Shown in pieces: positions 1 through 9,311 of a DNA stretch of 58,096 nt. A program made the position numbers and the translations under genes. The notes beneath the pieces are model-generated. The model was given only the letters and a program-made list of their open reading frames with translations, was not told the DNA's origin and made no database searches. The stretch lies in IMG/VR virus record IMGVR_UViG_3300032731_001278, positions 1 to 58,096 of that record; one strand, given 5' to 3'. Source of the DNA: a virus (taxonomy: Duplodnaviria; Caudoviricetes). Every line of letters begins with the position of its first letter. The first letter of the stretch is position 1.

Positions 1-51
1 CGAAGAAAGGACTCCATGGATAAATCCAAGGTGTCCACGGGGTGAAATTTA

Positions 52-3000
52 ATGGGACTTCCCACCGGCCAGTACAGCAAGAATATCTACGACCCCTTCA
101 AGCGTTACTGGGGCGCTCTTCTTCAGGAGAGCAAGCCCACGGATCGTATTCCTTGGGTCGATGCTGATTTCAACGATCACTCGCGAAACATGATCGAGAA
201 TACTCGTCGTTTCCGTCATGAAGTGTTTGAAGACGGTACACCCGGCGCGACTCACTTCTTGATTGATGAATCAACCATCGTGACGAACGTCAATAACTTC
301 GAGATCAACGGTGGCGACGGAACGCAAGAAGGAGCTGGTAGATACTACTTAGGCGGCATGACTGCAGTCATACCGGAACTTTATGAATTCGACGCGGACG
401 CTTCTACAGCTCCCGCTGCGCAGATGGATTTTCTTCATCACCGCAACACGAACCTCACCGACACGGTACTGACCGATGTCGACGCGGATTACAACACTAC
501 CGACAACGGCGGCTTGGGCGAGCTTGCTGGACGAGACCTGATTCCGAAGGTGGATGAGGCCGGGTTGGTTACTCGATTCCTTATCATCTCTAATACAGCG
601 AACACCATCACGACGGCCGGTGGCATGTTCGCGGTCGCTTCGTTGAACGACTACTATATGGTCGCGCCGAGCATGCCCGCTGGCGCTCGTACCGATACGG
701 TCTATCTCGACGTTTACCTCGACGAGGAAAACGCTGTTGAAGATCCCGATTTGCTTCACGCGATGGTCGGCGTGACGGGTGGTGTCGAGGCTTGTCGTCG
801 ACTGAAGCTCATTCAGCAAATCCACGTCTATGAGGGTAATACGTACGCCGCGCCGTTGTTGGAGTACACGGCGTTATCGGGTAACTACCACTATCGAGTT
901 GCGATTGCTCAATTCGATCGTCTAGGTGGCGACAACACCATCACGACAGCGATGATTACAGATCTGCGTCCAACTTGGACGGGGTACGGTTCGTCGCATG
1001 AGGTCATCAACGCGCGTGACAGCACGGTCTACAGCACGGTCTACACCACGCTCGACGATCGGCTCGAGTTCGCGGAAGACGACGCTCTGGACGCCCACCT
1101 CTTCATCGACGAGTGCCGTTCTGACGGAACCATTTCCGGCGGCGTTACCGGCGGTGTCGGGACTCCCAACATAACGTACACCGCTTGGGTTGGGTATGTT
1201 GGCGCGGAGCGCGTCAGTATCGTCGGTGGTAACGTAGCCGTCGGGGTCGCCGCCGACTACTATCTCTCCGTAGATTCGACCGGAACGGTTAGCGCCAACG
1301 CCGCAATCCCGCCTGGAGAAGCTCTCCTGGCTTTTTTTGAAGTTGTGGGCGCTAACATCGCACAAATCCGCGACTGGCGCTTTTGGCTCAATACGCTGGA
1401 TACTCACAACGAAGTGATTGTTTCGGGAACCACGGGCGAAGGAAACGTTAGCGGTCTACAGGCAGCCATCAACTACGCCATCGTACGGAAGCGTGGCGTT
1501 GTTCGTGTGCGACCGGGTACCTACGCACCAGCGATTGCGATCACTATCCAGGACATCGTTACGGCTACAACCACTTTCGCTGCCGAGGATCTTGAAATCA
1601 TCTTCGAGCCCGGCGCGGTCATCGAACCCGCGGGTGACTTCGCGGCCTTGACGCTTACGAACACCGAAAATGTCACGATTCGCGGACTTGAGGTATTGGG
1701 TACGAACTTAACCAACGCAACGGCGATGATTTCGGTTGGCGGCTGCACGGACACCATCTTTACGGAGACCGTGATTGACGGCGTCGGCGCCGCGGGTGAC
1801 GGCTTCTCGCTGTCGGCTTGTACAAGATTGCGTATCGACGGTCTCGTGGCGGACAACCTGTCGGAGACCGGTATCCAGCACACGGCCGGAACAACGACGG
1901 ATCTTCACATCGATCACGCCAACATCACCGCCCTGGTCGACGGAATCACGTTCGGCGCCGGCGTCGTCAAAAGCTCGTCGATCCGAAACACCGAGGTTGA
2001 CGGATTCGCGGGCTTCGGTATCGAGGTTATCGCGGCTGACCTGAACATCCTCATCGAGCGCGTGACGTCTACCGGACAGGTATGCGCTGCCGTCATCAGC
2101 TCAGCCGGTTCCGGTATCCACGTATCGAACGTTGACGTGACGAGCAGCTCGTGCTCGACGGCTGGGGTCGTATTCGGCAGTAGCGCCTTGAACTCGAGCC
2201 TGAAAGATAGCTACCTGTACGACATCACGACGGGACCGGCGGTTCTTCTGGACACCGCGCAGTCGACGATCGTCGCGGATGTGTACATCAACGAGAACGG
2301 TGCGGCCGAGTATCCGATTTCAATCGACAACTCGACGCATTGCACCCTCCAGGACGTGACGGTCATCAACGCGTTAGCGGCCGGTATTCGTGTCTTGACT
2401 TCCAGCTACTGCACGATATCCAACTGTCGGGTCGAGAATACTTTGCGGTACGCCGTCCACGCCGAAGACAGCCCTTACTTGAAAGTCGTCGACTGCAACT
2501 TGGTTGATGTCGTTGCCGGCGGCGGAAACTCCACGTACGTACACCTGGAAGGTTGTTCATACTCGCGTATTGCTCACAACGGGATCACGCACCTCATCGC
2601 CGGTACGGCGTACGGTGTTCAGACCTTAGATTTTGGTGGTGCGGAAAACGTTGGCGTCGGTATCGTCGACAACGTGATCTACTTGGGCGGTGGTGATTAT
2701 GGTATCTACCTAGGCGGCGCGGGCGCCGTGGATGAACAGTGCACCGTTACCGGCAACGAAATCAACTTCTCGGCGCTTGGCTCGACCGGCATTTTCATTG
2801 ACGACCTGATCGAATCCGTAATTTCAGGGAACGTCATCAATAGTGCAGCGACTGGTATCAGTACGTTCGGTAACACGTACGGTGGCGCTGAGGACTTGTC
2901 GATTAGCAACAATGTCATAAAGAGTTGTACGACTGGAATCAACATAACCGGCTTATTAGCTGTTGACGTGAGCGTTAACGGAAACGTCGTCCGTGACTCC

Positions 3001-3765
3001 ACCATATTCGGCATTACCGGCGCGATCACTGGCGGCCCGCTGTCTATCATCAACAACACCCTTGAAAGTTCAGGCAACGACGCGATCTTGTTTACCGCCG
3101 GGACCGCCATTCACGTCGAAAACAACATCATCCTTAACGCTGGTGCTCGCGCGATTCAGTTAGATAACTCGGACAGATCCACTATTGTTGGAAATGGTAT
3201 TACCTCAAGCGGTAGCGACGGAATTTATCTGAATAACTGTGACGACTGCGACGTAACTGGTAACAGAAGCAACCAGAATGGTGGACACGGAATTAACCTG
3301 AATGGCGGCGACAATAACGTATTGACGGGTAATAAGTGTCAAAATAACACGGGTGAAGGAATTAACCTAAACACTTGCATTAAGTGTACGGTAACTGGTA
3401 ATGGTTGTTCGGAAAACAATTCTGGTATTGTAGCAACCGCTACAACAACTTGTGTACTTAGCGGAAATAGTTGTAACGACAACGATATTCATGGCATCCA
3501 CTACGACGGTGATTACGGAAGTATCACGGGTAACGTATGCGCGGTGAACGGAACGCTTGCTGGTCAATACGGAATTTACATCATCGGCGGTGCTGTGTAT
3601 AACGCGTGCTCTGGGAACCAGGCGACAAATAGCGGAGACGTCACGGCTCCAGGCGCGGGTTACGACATCTACAATAACGGCGCGAATAATGGAATAGGTG
3701 TCGCGCAAGCGAATAACTGCGCGTCTTTTAACACGGGTATCGCAGCGAGTATTTTTGACGTGTAG
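52..3765 (+). CDS. Tail fibre/tailspike with DUF6519-like N-terminus and right-handed parallel beta-helix repeats
   Basis: N-terminus YSKNIYDPFKRYWGALLQ...VDADFND resembles DUF6519-type tail-associated domains. LQAAINYA..GVVRVRPGTY opens a pectate-lyase-like helix, followed by many xxGN/NN-GI repeats. Confidence 0.8.
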   Translation: MGLPTGQYSKNIYDPFKRYWGALLQESKPTDRIPWVDADFNDHSRNMIENTRRFRHEVFEDGTPGATHFLIDESTIVTNVNNFEINGGDGTQEGAGRYYLGGMTAVIPELYEFDADASTAPAAQMDFLHHRNTNLTDTVLTDVDADYNTTDNGGLGELAGRDLIPKVDEAGLVTRFLIISNTANTITTAGGMFAVASLNDYYMVAPSMPAGARTDTVYLDVYLDEENAVEDPDLLHAMVGVTGGVEACRRLKLIQQIHVYEGNTYAAPLLEYTALSGNYHYRVAIAQFDRLGGDNTITTAMITDLRPTWTGYGSSHEVINARDSTVYSTVYTTLDDRLEFAEDDALDAHLFIDECRSDGTISGGVTGGVGTPNITYTAWVGYVGAERVSIVGGNVAVGVAADYYLSVDSTGTVSANAAIPPGEALLAFFEVVGANIAQIRDWRFWLNTLDTHNEVIVSGTTGEGNVSGLQAAINYAIVRKRGVVRVRPGTYAPAIAITIQDIVTATTTFAAEDLEIIFEPGAVIEPAGDFAALTLTNTENVTIRGLEVLGTNLTNATAMISVGGCTDTIFTETVIDGVGAAGDGFSLSACTRLRIDGLVADNLSETGIQHTAGTTTDLHIDHANITALVDGITFGAGVVKSSSIRNTEVDGFAGFGIEVIAADLNILIERVTSTGQVCAAVISSAGSGIHVSNVDVTSSSCSTAGVVFGSSALNSSLKDSYLYDITTGPAVLLDTAQSTIVADVYINENGAAEYPISIDNSTHCTLQDVTVINALAAGIRVLTSSYCTISNCRVENTLRYAVHAEDSPYLKVVDCNLVDVVAGGGNSTYVHLEGCSYSRIAHNGITHLIAGTAYGVQTLDFGGAENVGVGIVDNVIYLGGGDYGIYLGGAGAVDEQCTVTGNEINFSALGSTGIFIDDLIESVISGNVINSAATGISTFGNTYGGAEDLSISNNVIKSCTTGINITGLLAVDVSVNGNVVRDSTIFGITGAITGGPLSIINNTLESSGNDAILFTAGTAIHVENNIILNAGARAIQLDNSDRSTIVGNGITSSGSDGIYLNNCDDCDVTGNRSNQNGGHGINLNGGDNNVLTGNKCQNNTGEGINLNTCIKCTVTGNGCSENNSGIVATATTTCVLSGNSCNDNDIHGIHYDGDYGSITGNVCAVNGTLAGQYGIYIIGGAVYNACSGNQATNSGDVTAPGAGYDIYNNGANNGIGVAQANNCASFNTGIAASIFDV

Positions 3766-3768
3766 AAA

Positions 3769-4323
3769 TTAGGTGAAATCTACAAGTGGGATGATCGCCA
3801 CGTCCATTTCGCTCCACGTCGGATTTCCATTTACCTCAATGGCTACGTGAAGCTCTGAATCCACCACCACCAAGCTTCCGACGTTCACGATGTCGTTAGG
3901 TCCAGAAGATACTTCGAAATACGAAACTACCCAGTTGATGTAGCTTTCCGTGTCGTCCGTTAAGATCACTACCCTGTCTGGAATTTCAATGGTCGTGTTC
4001 GCGTATGTGTATTCGACATATCCGTCACTAATTTCAAAGTTGTCGGCATTACCTTCTAAATCAGTGTAATGAACGGTGTAGTGAATAGCTCCCGCGGCCG
4101 TTACCAGCGTCGATTCCACGCTGTCGATACGAATGTCGAGTTCCTCGTCCACGATCGCGAGATCAGCTACGTCACCATTCAAGAGATCGACTTCGAGACG
4201 AAGCTGCAAAACCTCGTCTGACATCTCTTCGAGTGAAGAGTAGGGCGTCGTGTCCATCTCCCCCTCCGTAGCGCATCCGATACCGATCATTCCGACCACA
4301 ATCATCAAAATCCAATTCCTCAT
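3769..4323 (-). CDS. Putative lipoprotein with a coiled-coil segment
   Basis: MRNW + hydrophobic stretch + IGC lipobox-like motif; AGGAGG RBS upstream; acidic body. Confidence 0.65.
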   Translation of the reverse strand: MRNWILMIVVGMIGIGCATEGEMDTTPYSSLEEMSDEVLQLRLEVDLLNGDVADLAIVDEELDIRIDSVESTLVTAAGAIHYTVHYTDLEGNADNFEISDGYVEYTYANTTIEIPDRVVILTDDTESYINWVVSYFEVSSGPNDIVNVGSLVVVDSELHVAIEVNGNPTWSEMDVAIIPLVDFT

Positions 4324-4350
4324 GATAGCCTCCTAAGCTTTGTTGTCTAA

Positions 4351-4380
4351 CGTTTACCACAACACTTAGCTAACTGTCAA
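4351..4380 (-). promoter_or_regulatory. Sigma70-type promoter with TTAGCTAA box in the spacer
   Basis: TTGACA-18nt-TAAACG with TG extension; TTAGCTAA at 4366-4373. Confidence 0.55.
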
Positions 4381-4434
4381 GTGTTTGCTTGAGCGGTTTT
4401 GGAGGTTTTCGTAGACGAGTTAGACGCAAAACAA

Positions 4435-4457
4435 AAAGTTTGCACGGTGCAAACTTT
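4435..4457. repeat. Dyad repeat copy 1 (AAAGTTTGC-ACGGT-GCAAACTTT)
   Basis: Read directly; extends to 16-bp perfect arms (4430-4462). Confidence 0.95.
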
Positions 4458-4537
4458 TTGTTCATTTGGCTCGGTATATCAAGCTCTACCGAGCTACCGC
4501 TATAATCTCTACGAGATACCACTTCCAAGAATAGCGT

Positions 4538-4566
4538 TTGACGAGGAGAATCTTAAGCGGTAAAAT
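4538..4566 (+). promoter_or_regulatory. Sigma70-type promoter
   Basis: TTGACG-17nt-TAAAAT upstream of the initiator-like gene. Confidence 0.65.
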
Positions 4567-4692
4567 TTCTCTATCAATCTTAGCGTGGTAACTAGGTTGA
4601 TGGAAAGCACGGTAATGCACAACACCAGACTTCGACTCGTTAACGGCTTTCAGCGGCATTCTTGCCGCGGCTGTGCTTACGTTTACGAGTTA

Positions 4693-4720
4693 CCCGGTAG
4701 CCCACCACGGGGCTACCGGG
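4693..4720 (+). promoter_or_regulatory. 11-bp hairpin ending 15 nt before the probable start codon
   Basis: CCCGGTAGCCC-ACCACG-GGGCTACCGGG. Confidence 0.7.
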
Positions 4721-4735
4721 ACTGGTGGTGTACTC

Positions 4736-5749
4736 GTGGAACTAGCTGATATACTCACCGACAAAAGTAGATTAGTCGTACCCCGTAGCCTTTTGCGTAT
4801 GCTTGAAGTGCCCGGTAAACCGTCAAAAATTGCAGCGATAATCTTGAAAGTTCTACAGGAAACGCAATACCGTGACGGCTTGCGTTGTTGCGGTGATTTT
4901 GACGTTGACCTAAAGATTGGTGACTGTCTAATAACGCTCTCAACGCTTCAAAAAGTTAGCGGCGCTAGCCAAAAACACACCGCCAAGAAGTGGCTAATGG
5001 AGGCGGCGAATGGTCTAGACTGGACGGTTGAACCGCTTGGGAAAAACGATCCTCGGGTAACAAAAAGTGGTATCCCTTCGCTTACCCCTTCGCGTATCCC
5101 TTACGGTACCCCTCCACGTACCCCTTCTGGCGCTCATCTTGGAATTCTCGTAACCGTAAGTAACTACAAGGAATTAACGTTTATTCCGAGCGCTTGTAAA
5201 ATCAACGGAAGTATCCCTTCCGGTATCCCTTCCGGTATCCCTTCATGTACCCCTTCCGTACCACAGAACCAACACCGTTCTACCGACACCGCTTTAACTA
5301 ACACCAAGAACCAACACAAGAAGAGAGAAGAAAGCACTATCTCTCAAAGATACAATAAAGAAAATGCCGTAGGGAAGGATAGCGTGACTATCAAAACCTT
5401 AAAATCCGATGATACCCACCGCGATCTTTTAAGCGAAGAATCAGATCATGGAGAGGTTGCTAGGATCTTCATGCGCTGGGGAAAAGTTTGGAATGTAGAC
5501 GGTAACACTCACCTCGATGAAGATGTCGAATCAATCGTTCGGAAAGCTCGCCAAAACTTTTCGACGGAAGAACTCTACGAAGCTATCGACGGTTCGAAGC
5601 TGGATGATTGGGAATTTCGTCCGACTCGTTGTGATTTAACAGATCTTTTTAAATCCAACAAACGTATTCGAATCTATCGGGAGCTAGCGCGGTCAACGCC
5701 TCAAGGGTGTCAAACCCTACAGCAACAACTTGAAGTATTAGCGGATTGA
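4736..5749 (+). CDS. Phage replication initiator/replisome organiser-like protein (paralog A)
   Basis: Aligns by eye with 56763..57842: N-terminal wHTH-like part, ILVTVSNYKELT vs HVISVLNYDELT, AIDGSK. Internal 12-bp repeats. GTG start at 4736 chosen by alignment; the ORF track start is 4673. Confidence 0.7.
   Translation: MELADILTDKSRLVVPRSLLRMLEVPGKPSKIAAIILKVLQETQYRDGLRCCGDFDVDLKIGDCLITLSTLQKVSGASQKHTAKKWLMEAANGLDWTVEPLGKNDPRVTKSGIPSLTPSRIPYGTPPRTPSGAHLGILVTVSNYKELTFIPSACKINGSIPSGIPSGIPSCTPSVPQNQHRSTDTALTNTKNQHKKREESTISQRYNKENAVGKDSVTIKTLKSDDTHRDLLSEESDHGEVARIFMRWGKVWNVDGNTHLDEDVESIVRKARQNFSTEELYEAIDGSKLDDWEFRPTRCDLTDLFKSNKRIRIYRELARSTPQGCQTLQQQLEVLAD
5069..5128 (+). repeat. Five tandem 12-bp iteron-like repeats (consensus sGTAyCCCTTCn)
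   Basis: GGTATCCCTTCG CTTACCCCTTCG CGTATCCCTTAC GGTACCCCTCCA CGTACCCCTTCT. Confidence 0.85.
5210..5257 (+). repeat. Four tandem 12-bp iteron-like repeats
   Basis: AGTATCCCTTCC GGTATCCCTTCC GGTATCCCTTCA TGTACCCCTTCC. Confidence 0.85.
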
Positions 5750-5750
5750 A

Positions 5751-5773
5751 AAAGTTTGCAACTCGCAAACTTT
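5751..5773. repeat. Dyad repeat copy 2 (spacer AACTC)
   Basis: Starts 1 nt after the TGA of the initiator-like gene. Confidence 0.95.
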
Positions 5774-5789
5774 TTGAAAGCGACAAAAA

Positions 5790-6275
5790 ATGAGAACTTT
5801 TGACTCGAAAAATCCGCCTAAAACAATTCTACGGAAACGTCGCCCAACAAATCCGAAAGCGACAACGGTAGAAACGTCCGCGGAAACGATCGTTCCGAAA
5901 CCACACACCAAACCAGATCCGTTACCGATTCCGCCAACGTTAAAAGAAACCGACGCGTGGATCTTAGACGCGCGCAAAGCTGATCTGATTGAGGTAGCGC
6001 AGCGGCTAGGTTATACGGTAACAAACCCGAAAGATAGAAGTCGGCGTATAGTACCGTGCCCACGGTGTGGAAGGGAAAAGGGCGCTTGGATCGTAAACCA
6101 TCAACGCTGGAAAAAACCAGTGTGGGGTTGTTCGTGCGACGCGTTGTGGTGGGGCAACTTAGATCTTGTCGCCGTGACGCTTTGGCGTGACAGGTTAGGT
6201 AATTTAAATGAAGATGGGAAAGCTGAAGTTCGCGCGTGGTACGCCCGCAGCGGATGGTGCTCAGACGCGCCCTAA
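5790..6275 (+). CDS. Stand-alone primase-type zinc-binding domain protein
   Basis: DLIEVAQRLG..CPRC..WGCSC..GNLDLV resembles the CHC2 zinc finger of DnaG; no TOPRIM domain. Confidence 0.55.
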   Translation: MRTFDSKNPPKTILRKRRPTNPKATTVETSAETIVPKPHTKPDPLPIPPTLKETDAWILDARKADLIEVAQRLGYTVTNPKDRSRRIVPCPRCGREKGAWIVNHQRWKKPVWGCSCDALWWGNLDLVAVTLWRDRLGNLNEDGKAEVRAWYARSGWCSDAP

Positions 6276-6381
6276 ACCACGCCAACTTCCTACGGTACCC
6301 ATGATATTCTAACGCCACCTAACACTCCCCACGCAGCCGCTCAGATACTCTACGAGCCGGAAACCTGCTATCCTAAGTCCT

Positions 6382-6930
6382 ATGAAAATCAAAAATGCCA
6401 TACACGTCCTTCTTCTCGCGCTCTTCTTATCCGCCGGGCAAGCCTTTGCGGTAGAAGAACCTGCAAACGAAACCCAAGCCGTAGAGGTCGTCGAGACAGC
6501 GCCAGCACCCGCCGAAACCGTTCCGACTCCTTCGGTAACCCCCACAACCGACCTAGTTACCCACGAGCAACCCCAAGCGGACGTGGGAACTGCCGTAGTA
6601 AAGCTCATGGAGGGCGTCCAGAACAAAAACTGGTTACTCGTGAGCTGCGCAGTTTTGATGATTTTGATTTGGGTGTGGAATATCTTCATCATGCCGCGTC
6701 TATTCTCGAGCGAAAAGCATCCGAAGTGGCGCGCCGCTTCGCCGTGGATTTCTATCGGAGTAGCCGTTGCGGCTCAGTTTGCGTCAGCTATCATCGCCGG
6801 CAACAGTTGGGTGGACGCTTTGAACACCGCCGCTATGATGGGGTTCACCACAAGCGGCATGTGGAGCGCTGGTGGCAAGAAAGCACTCGGCGTAGTCGAA
6901 CAAAAGTTGCGACCCGCCCCCAAGAAGTAA
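6382..6930 (+). CDS. Membrane protein with signal peptide and about 3 TM helices (holin-like?)
   Basis: AFA signal-peptidase site; hydrophobic helices; next to the lysis genes. Confidence 0.6.
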   Translation: MKIKNAIHVLLLALFLSAGQAFAVEEPANETQAVEVVETAPAPAETVPTPSVTPTTDLVTHEQPQADVGTAVVKLMEGVQNKNWLLVSCAVLMILIWVWNIFIMPRLFSSEKHPKWRAASPWISIGVAVAAQFASAIIAGNSWVDALNTAAMMGFTTSGMWSAGGKKALGVVEQKLRPAPKK

Positions 6931-7239
6931 ACCGCTTCCTTCTCGAATCACCAGAATCCAAATTGAAACCATGGTACTGTTGAACCTGTGTGGAGAGCTA
7001 AACAATACTTGGTCAAGGCAGTTGAAGTGGCCTGGATCATTTTTTCTCTTACCTTCGTCTCGAAGTGAAATCGTGACATGTCAGACGACCTTGGCGATTT
7101 CATGGACGACGCGGATGATTCGTGGATTCGGCCGCTTATTCGAGCTGACGACGATCGTTTTCGAGAAAATGAGAACGTCGCGATAGACCGACTCAAGGAA
7201 TTGGCGCGGTACCCCCATGGGCGTCATGAAGGAACTGTA

Positions 7240-7584
7240 ATGGCTGAAACTAGCGACGGAAGTTCCCCGGTAAGCCAACGCCAACTTAGAGATCATGAAA
7301 AGTTAGACGAAGCAAACCGTAAGGGTGATTTAGCTCTAGCTGAACAACGACATAAAGAAATTCGCGGTGACCTCAAAGAATTAAAGGGTGTTGTTAAAGA
7401 TACGAATCAATCAATAAAAGACACGAACGAAGCACTTCAAGATCATGCTATCAATTGTCCGGCGAAAGATGATGTAAAGACAATCAGTAAAAAAGTTTGG
7501 TATATCGCTGGTGTGATAGCGGCGGCCGGTGGTAGTGGCGGAGCTGGAATTGCCGTGGTTTTAAGTAAAGTGCTGAACGGGTGA
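7240..7584 (+). CDS. Coiled-coil protein with C-terminal TM helix (holin/XhlA-like)
   Basis: GAAGGA RBS before ATG 7240 (ORF is open from 7078); heptad region followed by a hydrophobic Gly/Ala-rich tail. Confidence 0.5.
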   Translation: MAETSDGSSPVSQRQLRDHEKLDEANRKGDLALAEQRHKEIRGDLKELKGVVKDTNQSIKDTNEALQDHAINCPAKDDVKTISKKVWYIAGVIAAAGGSGGAGIAVVLSKVLNG

Positions 7585-7587
7585 ACG

Positions 7588-7932
7588 TCAATCCTTCCAC
7601 CCACCTTCGACGCCAAACGCTTCCAGAAAACTGAAGGCTTTATCGATCTTCATCCACGCAACGACGCGATCGTTATCGAGGTGAATGGTTTTGTCTTTGT
7701 GGTCAACCCATCGATCGCCGTCTGTCCAACCATACAGAAGTTCGTCTGAGTCGAGATCTTTAGCTGTGTAGGGGAAGAGAACTTCAATCCGACACTGATG
7801 AGAAAAACGTTCGTCGACAATTACACAAACGAACGGAACGTTACAGTCGTGAACTTCGGGTTCGTGTACGTTTTCGATGGTACAAAGCTCTTCGGGAAAC
7901 TGCTTGGTTTCGAAATTGTCGAATAACAGCAT
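7588..7932 (-). CDS. Hypothetical protein
   Basis: 114-aa ORF coupled (TAATG) to the endolysin gene. Confidence 0.6.
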   Translation of the reverse strand: MLLFDNFETKQFPEELCTIENVHEPEVHDCNVPFVCVIVDERFSHQCRIEVLFPYTAKDLDSDELLYGWTDGDRWVDHKDKTIHLDNDRVVAWMKIDKAFSFLEAFGVEGGWKD

Positions 7933-8627
7933 TACAACTCCACCTTCAATCCACGCATCGTGAACGGCGTGCTCAACTCCCAGTTTCCAGCTTCAATCAA
8001 AATCGTGAAGGCGTCAGGCCGGTAGACGCAATTTTTCAGTAACTTGTTCGAGTGCCCAGCAAACCATTCTCGTCGAGCCTTCAGGTAGGCCACAACCCAA
8101 GTTTTTTCGTCGCCACCCTTGTTAGGGGGTACCTCATCAAACCTTCGCCGACAAGTTGAGAACCCACCCTGGATGTAAGAGTCATACAGTACGGCGTACG
8201 ACAGCGCTTCCTTCATACCCATCGCGACGCCTTGTCGGAATGCCGGCTCCCAGTAGTTCTCGTCGAAGATCTCGTCCTGAGCTTGCTGCATGATAGGATC
8301 GCTACCAGCCTGGTGGAGTAACTCCATCAGTTGGGTAACCCACGGCGGAAGATTCTTGGGGTCGAACTTCGAAGTCTCGTGGTTAGCCAGTTCATCCAGA
8401 AATGGGCGTAGCGAGAAGGCGTACTCACCCTTGCGGTCAATGTACCGCCACAAGATGTCGTCCAGGCTGTCGGCCCGGTCTGTGGATTGGTGCTTTCCAT
8501 ACGTGACGCCGGCACCGTCTTCCAAAACCGTCACCATGCCGTAGGCAGCTGGTGACGGCAGCTTGCAGGTCTCGAGAACGCACAGGATGATGTCGATGAC
8601 TTGTCGTTGGTCGGATGAGATGGACAT
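7932..8627 (-). CDS. Chitosanase-like (GH46, lysozyme fold) probable endolysin
   Basis: LE..AYG..LEDGAGVTYG..DPIMQQAQD..YWEPA..YDSYIQGG..DEKTW..YL.AR..YR motifs. Confidence 0.75.
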   Translation of the reverse strand: MSISSDQRQVIDIILCVLETCKLPSPAAYGMVTVLEDGAGVTYGKHQSTDRADSLDDILWRYIDRKGEYAFSLRPFLDELANHETSKFDPKNLPPWVTQLMELLHQAGSDPIMQQAQDEIFDENYWEPAFRQGVAMGMKEALSYAVLYDSYIQGGFSTCRRRFDEVPPNKGGDEKTWVVAYLKARREWFAGHSNKLLKNCVYRPDAFTILIEAGNWELSTPFTMRGLKVEL

Positions 8628-8737
8628 GGGTTAACCCTTTTTCTTCTTCTTTTTGTCGCTGCGAGCCTTCTTATCAAGGCGTATTTTACGAGCTTCTTTA
8701 CGGGCTTTCAAACCTTTACGCCGATAGTTCTGCACTA

Positions 8738-8980
8738 CTACTTTTCCTTCTTGAGGGATTCAAGTTCTTTGAGTATGGCGGCTTTAGCGCCTACTTTTTG
8801 TTGGATCGTGACGGGTTCGAAAGCCGCGTCGTTGTCGTCTGGCACGAGCGCGTTGTCTTTAAGCGGTTCGAAGACGTAGTCCGATATCTGCTGAACCGAC
8901 GTATCGTCGGGGCAACCATTGCGATCCAGGTATCGGTTGATGGCTTGTTCACCCACGTTTATTAAATCAGCCGCTATCAT
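8738..8980 (-). CDS. Hypothetical protein
   Basis: 80-aa ORF in the gene-dense minus-strand run. Confidence 0.45.
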   Translation of the reverse strand: MIAADLINVGEQAINRYLDRNGCPDDTSVQQISDYVFEPLKDNALVPDDNDAAFEPVTIQQKVGAKAAILKELESLKKEK

Positions 8981-9017
8981 AAGTCAACGGCTTCGTTTCG
9001 ATGGATACGGTTTCTCA

Positions 9018-9311
9018 TTAGCTAGCGTCAGGCGGCGCTCCCTTACCGTCCCACTCGATCATCGGGATCCAGTAGCATTGCTTCTCATCTGCCTTGCACC
9101 ACTTGTTCCACGTCTTACCGGTCCGCGGGCTATACTTTGTGGTGTCGATATCGCTAGCGATGACCTGGATGTAGGAGTCATAGGGGTTGGTGTACTCAAG
9201 GGGTTCAGCTAGAGCCGGAACGGCATTTATCCAGACAATTGCCGCGCCAAGCAAGAACATCGTGATACATACGGCCGGTACGACAACGACACCCCAATTA
9301 AACTTCTTCAT
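9018..9311 (-). CDS. Small membrane-anchored/secreted protein
   Basis: GGAGG RBS, MKKFNW + hydrophobic helix; ATGA overlap with the upstream gene. Confidence 0.6.
   Translation of the reverse strand: MKKFNWGVVVVPAVCITMFLLGAAIVWINAVPALAEPLEYTNPYDSYIQVIASDIDTTKYSPRTGKTWNKWCKADEKQCYWIPMIEWDGKGAPPDAS

Noticed and set aside
52-3765. Diversity-generating retroelement target in the tail fibre
   Set aside because: No reverse transcriptase and no TR/VR repeat pair seen in the window.
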